A stretch of 64,000 nucleotides of DNA from Ostrea edulis (taxonomy: Eukaryota), in the NCBI RefSeq assembly GCF_947568905.1, contig NC_079172.1:27156001-27220000 (forward strand). The letters are read 5' to 3'. Position numbers and translations under genes: made by a program. Under the pieces are notes generated by a model. That model made no database searches. It worked only from the letters and a program-made list of their open reading frames with translations, and was not told where the DNA came from. How positions within the stretch are numbered: the first letter of the stretch is position 1; each line of letters begins with the position of its first letter. Shown one piece after another: positions 1 through 10,692 of this stretch.

Positions 1-28
1 AATTGTAATTAGTTTTATATATCTTACC

Positions 29-619
29 TATGGCACGCCAAATTCACAAAAATGAGCTAAACATAGTTTCACAGTTGATAAACTAGGTTTATCGACTGTA
101 AACTATAGTTTACGCACTGTAAACTATAGTTAACGACGTTAATCTATATTTCACATCTGTAAACCATAGTTAACAGATAATCTATGTTTCACAAGCGTAA
201 ACTATAATTAACAATGAAAACAATCATTAGCGATTGCAAAACATAATTTATCTGATAAATACGGTTTCACGATTGTAAACTACGGTTTACAAGTCTGATA
301 AATATAGTATCACAATTTGTGAAACTAGGATTAACAATTGTGAACTATAGTTAACGAATGTAAATTATAGTTTACAAATGTGAATCTGTATTTATCAGCA
401 AAATCTATTGTTAACGTTTATTTCAAGACAGATAAACTTGGATTAGCATTTGTAAACTATAGTTTACAACCGTTAAATATAGTTTTACGGATGAAAACTA
501 TAGTTAATGAATCGTTAACTATAGTTTACAGTTCGTAAACTATAGTTTACAGTCGATAAACCTAGTTTATCAACTGTGAAACTATGTTTAGCTCATTTTT
601 GTGAATTTGGCGTGCCATA
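29..619. mobile_element. Non-autonomous TIR element (MITE), 591 bp, long near-perfect TIRs, 6-bp TSD CTTACC
   Basis: 29-114 is the exact reverse complement of the right end (TATGGCACGCC...GGCGTGCCATA); similarity continues to about 108 bp with one mismatch. CTTACC flanks both ends (23-28 and 620-625). Interior is rich in the palindrome AAACTATAGTTT. Confidence 0.9.
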
Positions 620-887
620 CTTACCAGTTTAAAAACAATGCAGTTTTGATACCGATGTAAATTACATTCAAAATTAAAAACTACTTGTGAATCTATTTCT
701 TTAGGTAAAATTTAACATGATTAGCAAACAAATGTTTAATTATAAACATATTAAAACTATTTGATCGGGTCCAATGCACTGTTAGAACAAAAAATCCCAG
801 GGTGTATGCAGATAAATAATTGTGTTGGATTGGCATGTGTAACTTACCAGATACAAAGAACTTGTGTTTAAGCACTTTGTCACATAC

Positions 888-3769
888 CCTTAGTGCTGTA
901 GATCTCCTCCCACGCTCCTAGTCCCTCTGCATAGAGTCGATCAGTCCTCAGATCAAGTCTGACAACACACACCTCTCTTACTTTGTACATATGTTGCTCT
1001 GTAGGGCTGGTTTCACTATCTGTCTAGAAATTCAATCATATATTTTAAAACTACAGGTATTGTATATTGCTGTGTTAGTTGATGTATGGTATTGTCAGTC
1101 ACTCAATGATAGCTATCAGATCTGTTTGCAGCATGTAGCAGTACTTGTTTTTCTGGGTAAATGAAACATCAATCTGGACATTCAATCAATATGTTTCACT
1201 TGCTTATCAATTGTACATAAAAATGTTTCTGCAAAGGCTTACCTTGTCCTAAAAGTGTACTCCATGTACATGTGTATTTTGATCTCGTCGTTTTTTATCA
1301 GACAACATAGGAGATCACTACACATCTTGAATGGTTTTGTGTAATAAGTACAGTGTATGAATATCAACATATCATCAGACTGTACTTACGTATTTGTGCG
1401 ATACGGACCAACCATTAAACCCAAGGAAATGATTGGCGACATCTTGACATTTACTGAAGTGAAGGGCCCATTTCTCTGTTATTTCTTTCTTCCTCTTTGC
1501 AAATGTAATCTGTTGAAATTTTAACATTTATACATGTTTTTTTTATTCTTCACAAATGCAGAACACATACTGTACGTTGTACACAATAACTATTGTAAGC
1601 CATTCTTCATCATTCACCAGATGATTCATATTAAGTATTCATTTTGTAACAATGGTATAGTGTAAATATATAGTATCACAACCAAATGCTCACAATTTAA
1701 TCTTTAGTATTCGTGCAACAAGGCATATATATATATTTTCAAAACTTATCTTAAATGTGGAGTTATAAGAATGTCAAGAATGCATCATAGTAAGATAGGT
1801 TTATTTTCATAAACAGTATACTGATATATACATGAATATATAAAAACTATTCATTCACCAACTGTTTACATTGGTCAAGTGGTGGCATGGGGTTGATTCT
1901 TTTAACCTAAGCTGAGTCAAACTCTCGACATTTAACATAGGTAGTGACTATTTCTTAATTTTCTTTGCTAAGTGTCTGGCGTTAGCAGTAAAAGTAATGA
2001 GTCTTTCAGTTAGGACCTTGAAATGTAGGTCCTCTGTCAAAGAAAGCATTGGTACGATAAACAACCTTACTGCTACAGACCTGTGTGTCATGCCTATGGG
2101 TAAAAATTTGTGGCATTTCACCTGAAGCTGGTGACATCTCTACAGGCGACAAATTCTCCAATGGGATGTAAAACAACATACAAAAACAAACAAAACCAAC
2201 CTTACACTCTGCACCATGAAGAGTTATTTTCCCATTAAGATCATCTTTTGCCTGCCGAGCAGACATGGCCAGGTAGAAATTCACAAAAGCATAGTAACCA
2301 GGCTGTTTACTGCTGTCCTTATCTTCCCTGGAGGGAGGGGAGAGTTGCTGGGGGCGAGGTGCGTAAGGAAACACCTGTGTCCCAAACATCAAGCCATATT
2401 TTGAAAATGTTGAGTAAAGAAGCTCCTGATACAAATAAAATATTATAATTATAGATTAATAGTATGTTATACTGTGAAACATTACACTCTATTTAAAAGT
2501 GATAGCATCACTCTTTTCAATACCAACTTGCCTAGGATCTGTTGTATACATAACATTCAGTAATAAAATAACTATTGCATTTTCACCCCTCAAGAAACCA
2601 TTGTCAACCTCGGTTATGCCTCGGTTGACAATGGTTTTCTCAGGGGTGAAAATTTTCAATGTTACCCTCAACTGCATGCAATATTTATATAATAATACTG
2701 AATGTTATACAAACAGCAAGGCATGAAAACTTATGTCTGTTGACATTTGATCAATCCTAGTCATGTCAGTGATATTTCGTATATCGATGCAGGCATTGGC
2801 GTCTATTACAAATGCTCAAACGACTTCGTCTAACAATCTACGGCGAACAGTACGCTCATAAATTTGACGCATATGATAATTTTTATAATATCACCTGTTA
2901 AGTACTGTTACCCGTTGCTAGATATTATCACCCTGGGGCGCGTGCTTTCTGTTCTCAGAGGGTAACAATATTTTTTTCAAATGCTTCTCGACCAATCAGA
3001 TTCAAGTATTTTACATAAAAGTATAATTATATCTAACATTTGGGGCGATTTGTTGTTAGGTCGAAGTGTATCTGGGCCAAAGTGTCATTGTACTGTATGT
3101 TTTTAATGTAACTATAGTAACTATGGGTGATATAAGGCAAAAAAAAAAAAAAAATTGGGACGAAGTGTCTAAGATGGAAAAAATGGGCTTGAAATGCCTT
3201 TAGGCTGAAGTCACGTCACTCACGTGCCTCAAAATTTTGGGCTGAAGTGTCAACATTTTGGGCTGAAATATCTGACTACCATAATAGTATATCTCACAGT
3301 ATGTGTGCCCTATGTAAAGAGGCTTGCACTCATTTAAAAATATTGTATGCAATACTATATTTTAACTATAGACTATAATATTGTTTACAATATCTTATAG
3401 GGAGAAATTAAGCCCATGTTCTAACTTAAGGCATCATTTTATTTGGGGGGGGGGGGGGGGGGGGGGGGGGCAGGGAGATGTCAGTCATATTAATTTTGCT
3501 TTCAATCAATGCAGACAATTTCCTTCAATAAAACATACAGTCCATTGAATTTGAATTACCCTTTAACTTTTTTTAAAAACAGTGGCAGAAATTTGGATAA
3601 GCCCAAGAACCATTTCTATCGGTTCCCTGTGAAGTAAGTACTGCATACGTACCACTAACGCATCCTCTAGCATGTAAGGTATACCAGAAATAAACAGACT
3701 TTTCCTATTTGCATCAGGAGAAATAAATTCAAGAATCTCAACAGACACTTTCTGCTTTCTTGATGACAT
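888..3769 (-). CDS. RDM1: RAD52 motif-containing protein 1 (RRM + RAD52-like domain), 3'-partial; exons 3769-3653, 2425-2201, 1509-1390, 1023-888
   Basis: All junctions GT-AG with compatible phases. Spliced translation includes ...SLFISGIP...ELLYSTFSKYGL...PGYYAFVNFY... (RRM), WALHFSKCQDVANHFLGFNGWS (matches recalled RDM1 LALNSSKCQELANYYFGFNGCS) and CVVRLDLRTDRLYAEGLGAWEE. No terminal exon found in 1-887, so it probably lies left of the window. Confidence 0.85.
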
Positions 3770-4003
3770 TTTTGCTTGTTCGTGTTTACCGCCGTATTAA
3801 ATTTTGGATTATCGATCCCGATCGAAGCTACCCTTTCTGCATGAAGGATCGACCGAAGCGTCAAATCTAAAATAAAAGTTTCATATCTACTCATTCTATT
3901 TTCAAAGCAATGGTGTAACAATCTTCATTAATAGAAACGGTGAAAAAAATCGCTCCAATAATTTCATTTTAACAAGCACGGGCTTGGAATCCATACTTAT
4001 GTC
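3770..4003. promoter_or_regulatory. Probable bidirectional promoter shared by RDM1 and VCPKMT
   Basis: The divergent ATGs (3769 on -, 4004 on +) are only 234 bp apart. Confidence 0.7.
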
Positions 4004-7000
4004 ATGGCAGCCCCCATCGAGAACACATTTGTTCGTGAGGTAGAAACAAACACTGGTCAGTTCCTGAAGATCCACCAGCTGGAGGTTGGTGATGTCGGTT
4101 GTGTGGTATGGGATGCAGCACTAGTTCTTTCAAAATACATTGAAACGCCTGACTTTAAGAACGGTGAACTACTCCAAGGAAAGAAAATCTTGGAGCTCGG
4201 AGCAGGCACTGGATGTGTAGGAATCATGGCAGCTCACGTAGGGTAATCGTTAGGTTAAGGCTAGCACATTTTTAAGACAGATAAAAGATACGAAAACAAT
4301 AGGAAAATGTTAATTTGCATAGATACGTTAGTAAACAAATATTGATATGTTTACGGTGCACGCGGTTCCACCGTTCACCACCGTTGGGGAGAGTGCAGCC
4401 AGGGTACACATTTTAAATTTTTGTATAGATTTATCTATAGAAGGACATTCCGAAGTTATCTAAACGTGTAGGAACAGTTGGCAGAGCATCTGGACATCTT
4501 GCAATACGACTTCAGAAATTTGACCAGCCTATTCATTCAACGAGGGAAATATAATGCGACATGTGCGGGGGACAGTCAGAGCGGACTCCATATTGAAAAG
4601 TGGTGCCACTGCTTTAACTACCTCTCACAACTTCATTTCGCGAATCTATCTTCCAAGACGCAAGGATTCATTTATCGGAAGATTATTCTACAAATAGATC
4701 AGGATGAATACGATGCTATTGCCGTTTAAACGATGGAATTTTGTGTGCTTCACGTGCTAACGTCATGTGCAAAGAGGCGGCGACCTAATTCAAGTGATGC
4801 TTCATTTTTCGGAGTTAGTGTGCTGTTTAAAGGAGATAGCATCGTATTAATCATGATCTATTTGTAGAATAATCTTCCGATAAATGAATCCTTGCGTCTT
4901 AGAAGATAGATCCGTGATTTAAAGTTGTAAGAGGTAGGTAAAGCAGCAACACCAGCTGGTGTCGCTGAATTCCCACTTTTCAATATGGAGTCCGTTCTGA
5001 CTCTCCCCCGCTCATGTCATAATATAATTTAAGTGCAGAGCTCCAGATAAGGTGCATATTAGCGTAAATACTCATTAAATTTTACCAAATACGCATTTAA
5101 GTTGAAAATCATGCGTACAATTATGCATTAGCGAATGTTAATATACTATACACTCATAAAGTAATGCGTATTTGCGATACATGTAGTATGATATAAATAT
5201 GAATTATCTATTCATATAAATTGAGGTTAGCCCAGGGCTTGATCATATACATGATATTTAGCGCTATAAAATACATTTTGATGACAATCACAATTTTGAA
5301 AAAATTGGAAGAGTTAACTCAAAACACTGTTTTATAGGCCTACTTGTTATACTTTCTTTCTTATAGAGTTAGTTTGCTGTCGAAAGCACAGGAAAAAAAA
5401 CCTTGTGTTATCAATCGTGGATGAATGATATACAGAATTGGATCATAAATTTATGATTCATCATCATGTGACTGAGTGTCTGACATATTCAAATTTGATG
5501 CATCAATGATAAATATCAAATTCCCAGTGACAATGAAAAGTTTTAACAAAAAGAACTACAAAGGATTTTCCCCATAAATAGTTGGAGCGGCTTTTTAGTA
5601 TAAACTTTAACGGAAGAAGTATCGCTTATCTGGAGACATCTTCTGTGCAAAAGAGTAAGGATAATTAGTAAATTAACAAAATACTCTTTTGAATTTTTCT
5701 GAGAAGCAAAATACTCATTGATTTGAAAATCAGGGGATAAATACTCTTTGTGGTAAAAAATTATCTGAAGCTCTGTAAAAGAGGGGGTAAGAGTCAGAGG
5801 AATCTCGGATTAATGTAAACAGTGCATTGTGACATCATATTTCGCTTTGTTGTGAAAGCAATTATTAAAACAACAACAACACCCGTCAGATCTCGCTCAT
5901 TCTTTTCTGTAACTAAAAGGATAACCGAGACATGGATTGGGTGTACCGTGTAAAGATTGCATCAAATTGTTGGATGTGGACATGTGGATGAGGTTACCGG
6001 TAATATACTTGAACCGAATCCCTGTATAATGTGTTATTTTTATGATTAATTTTCATAACAAAGTCAGTTTAGGTATCAGTAAATCTTATTCACTCTAATA
6101 TATAAACATGTGGAAATTTATATATTGGTAGAATATCATATAGCTATGTCTTATATCTTATCCGTATTAACTTTGCTTTAACCCCAGCCCCACGAAGCTC
6201 ATGTTTCATATCGTAATGTATGGCTGTGGTTTCAGTTACATTTATGTACACATAGCAACAGACATGGATGGTATTGCCATAAATACAAAATTTATTTGCT
6301 GTTACTGAAATAACTTGAGTTGTTTTGATTGCAATAAAATGTACGAAGTGTCAAACAATATTCACAAATGAAATTAAAAAAAAATAATTTGAAAATCAAA
6401 AACTTTGATTTTAATTTTAAATCAAATAAAATGATTACGAGTTTAATCATAGTTATTAAAGGTCTTGACAAAGTACGTAAAGGTCACATCCTGCAAACAC
6501 TTTGTTGGAAGGGATCAAGATGGTGGCGCCCAGGATGGGATGAAGAAAATTTATGTGATAGTGCGTCAACTTTCATGGCTTATTTTGGTCAATTCTTTCT
6601 TATACACGTGTTACCATTAGAACTCACTGCGCTTGCTGTTAAATGATTTGATATGAGACTGTACTGCAATTCAGATGTACATGGTGACATAGTGTGACTA
6701 ATATTTAGTGTACTGGCATTCTACAAGAACTAGTGAACAACAGATGTCCAGATAACACACCCACTTTTCACCTCTGTAACCCTAGTTTTGGTTCTTGGTA
6801 TTGACTGGTTGAATGTGAGAGAGTAATGTGGTTGTTCATTGAGACATGTGGATTTTTGTTCTTGGTACTTCCAACCCCAATGAACTGCTCACCAATACAT
6901 GTGCACAACAAAACAAAGGTCTCTGGTTGGCAAGCTTTTATGGGTTTAATATCCTAGTCCATGTGTCTATTTTGTTTCATTGGCCGGGTCACAGGTATGA

Positions 7001-9156
7001 TATCTACAAGTGTCCATTACAACAATAGAGTTATAGTTAAAGTGAATGGGCAGTGAAATATTTTGCTGGATTTGAAATCAATCCTCCATGTTTTACTACA
7101 GTCAGAGCTAATCAAGCCAATATTTGCAGTCCATCTGCCAGTTCACCACTAGGTGTTTGATCATGGCTGACAAAACCTTTATCTTTAGTTGGAAGGAAAG
7201 AGAATAAACAATTAGATGAATTATGTTTATGGCTGGATGGGGACTCCAACTAAAATCCCTTGTGATTCAAATCAGGTGCTCTTATATATGTATATGCATT
7301 GCTAATCACAACCCATCTGCCAATCAGCTAATTCATCAATATTATGCAAAGTTTAATATAGGTAATGTATGCATTTACTTACTTACTTACTTATCCTCTT
7401 TGTGCCTATCAGCACATATAAGGCTTCAACCACCTGACGCCACAACTGCCTGTCTTGCTTTCTTTTCTATTTCCCCCCAGGTCTTCCCTATATCTTTCAT
7501 CTCCTGTTCTACCATTCTTCGTCATGTCTCTTTTGGGCATCCTCTTTTTCTCTTTCCATCAGGTGTCCATCTCAGAGCAATCTTAGTGATATCTTCTCCT
7601 CCTTTTCGTAGAACATGCCGAATCCAACGCCACCTTCTTCTTTTAATCTGTTTGGTCTTAAGATACAGATCTTTATTCGATATCTTTTTGGGCCAGTAGA
7701 TTTTACAGATTTTTCGGAGGCAGGTGTTATGGAATGAGGAGAGTTTTTTCATGTCAGTTTGTATTATTCTCCAGCATTCAGCCCCATGGAGTAATGTATG
7801 CATTTGGTGTATTATAAAACCCCAAATACTTGATTGTGTTATTTGAAGCCACACACATCTCTATATTTGTATTTGTTTTTTTTATCTCGTACAGAGGTGA
7901 TGCCATACACATCTCTACAGTTGTATTTGTTTTTTATCTTGTACAGAGGTGATGCCACACACATCTCTACATTTGTATTTGTTTTTTATCTTGTACAGAG
8001 GTGAAGCCACACACTTCTCTACATTTGTATTTGTTTTTTTATCTCGTACAGAGGTGAAGCCACACACATCTCTACATTTGTATTTGTTTTTTATCTTGTA
8101 CAGAGGTGATGCCACACACATCTCTACATTTGTATTTGTTTTTTATCTTGTACAGAGGTGAAGCCACACACATCTCTACATTTGTATTTGTTTTTTATCT
8201 TGTACAGAGGTGATGCCACACACATCTCTACATTTGTATTTGTTTTTTTATCTTGTACAGAGGTGATGCCATAATTACAGACTTACCAGATTTTGTGCCT
8301 TTAATTCAAATGAACATTGGAGAGAATAGAGCTTTGTTAAAAGGCTCTGCAAGGGCACAACCTTTGACCTGGGGTCAGGACACAGTTGCAGATTATTACC
8401 ATTATATATTTTTAGCTGATTGTATTTATTATGATGAGGTAAGGATTATCTGACATTATGAAAGTGTACTTCTTCTGATATAAATTTATTCTGATTCTTT
8501 ATTTCCGTGAGCCATACAATTATACAAACAAGAAAGATGGCATTTTGAAAACAACAATTAATGTTACAACAATGTACAATTTAAATTATTATTATACCCC
8601 CCGAACGGAGTTCAGTGGGGTATATAGGAATCACTCTGTCTGTCTGTTTGTCTGTGCAGATTTGTGTCCGGGCCATAACTTCTTTGTTCTTTGACTTAGG
8701 CATACCATATTTGGCACACAGGTGGATCACCATGAGACGATGTGTCGAGTACCTTCATGGCCTCTATATGACCTTGACCCTTGACCTCAAGGTCATAATT
8801 ACAGGTTTTTTACAATGGATTCGTGTCCGGGCATATTTGGCACACAGGTGGATCACCATGAGACTATGTGTCATGTACATTCATGACATTTTTATGACCT
8901 TGACCTTTGATCTCAAGGTCAAAATTATAGGTATATGCCATGGATTTGTGTTCAGACTTTATGTTCCATTTTCTTCTACAAAGGCATACCATATTTTTAT
9001 GCCCCCCTTTGAAAAAGAGGGGGCATATTGTTTTGCAACTGTCGGTTGGTCGGTCGGTCTGTAGACCATGTGGTGTCCGCTCAATATCTTTCGACCCCTT
9101 TGCTTGATAACAACCAAACTTGGTGCAGGGGTTGCCCCTGGAGAGTAGATGATCTT

Positions 9157-9187
<31 letters not shown>

Positions 9188-10661
9188 AAGGTCAAACTGC
9201 TGGTCTTTACCCCATGTGGTAGACCATGTGTTGTCCACTCAATAACTTTTGACCCCTATGCATGATAACTACCAAACTTGGTACAAGGGTTGCTCTTGGA
9301 GAATAGATGATCCCTATTGACCTTCAGGTCACATTGTCAAAGGTCAAGGTCAAACCTCTGGTCTTAAGCCCATGAGTTGTCCGCTCAATATCTTTTGACC
9401 CCTTTGCTTGATAATAGCCAAAATTGATACAGAGGCTTTCCTTAGAGAGTAGATGATCCCTATGGATTTTCAGGTCACATGGTCAAAGGTCAAGATCAAA
9501 CTGCTGGTCTTAACCCCATGTGGTAGACCATGAGTTGTCCGCTCAATATCTTGAGAACCATTCACTTGATTGTAATGATATTTCATATGTGTGTTGGTTA
9601 TAAAAAGAAGAGGACCCCTATTGTTTTTCAGGTCAAAAGGTTAAAGGTCAAGGGTCAATCTACTCTGGACATAGGAATATACTGTCCGCTCAATATCTTG
9701 AGAACCCTTTGCTTGACAGACATTGAACTTGGTACACTGGTACATCTTCACAGAAAGATTACCCCTAATGATTTTGAGGTCACATGGTCAAAGGTCAAGG
9801 GTCAAACTGGACATAGGAATATACTGTCCGGTCAATATCTTGAGAACCCTTTGCTTGACAGACTTCAAACTTGGTACACTGGTACATCTTCAGGAAAAGA
9901 TGACCTCTATTGAATTTGAGGTCACATGGTCAAAGGTCAAGGGTCAAACTGGACATAAAAATATACTGTCTGTTCAATATCTTGAGATCCCTTTGCTTGA
10001 CAGACATCAAACTTGGTACACTGGTACATCATCAGGAGAAGATGACTACTAATGAATTTGAGGTCACATGGTCAAAGGTCAAGGGTCAAACTGGACATAG
10101 GAATATACTGTCCCTTCAATATCTTGAGAACCCTTTGCTTGACAGACATCAAACTTGGTACACTGGTACATCTTTAGGAGTTGATGACCCCTATTGATTT
10201 TTAGGTCACATGGTCAATCCACTCTTGACATAGGAAGATATTGTCTGCTCAATATTTTGATACTACTCTCAATTAAATGATGTGTGTGTGTATAACCCGT
10301 TTCAATTTTGCACCATGGGGGGCATATGTGTTTTACAAACATCTCGTTACACTCAGGAAAGAGGTAATTTATACCTATTAACAACACCCTTTGGGAGATT
10401 GGGGTAAGTGGGGGTATTCTTAGTGAGCATTGCTCACAGTACCTCTTGTTATAAACAAATAGTATGATAATCATACCATAGGAGAATTCGTAACTTAGTT
10501 GTATTAGTATACTATAGAAATTTTCCAAAATTAATCTGTTCTTTAGTAATTTCAACACTTAGGAGTTCAATCAGTTTGAAAACACTAGGTTTTGTATAAT
10601 GAATTTTTTTAACATATTTTTATCTTTTTCTGATCAAAATTTGTCCGTTGTCTGTCGTCGG

Positions 10662-10692
<31 letters not shown>

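Noticed and set aside
2006-2200. C-terminal part of the 142-aa ORF as RDM1 coding sequence
   Set aside because: RDM1 similarity stops at the AAG|GT donor at 2201 and resumes at 1509; this part is intron read-through.
3445-3472. Long poly-G runs (also 17316-17346 and 46880-46902) as functional G-quadruplexes
   Set aside because: Plain homopolymers in introns or repeats; length may be a sequencing artefact and nothing indicates function.
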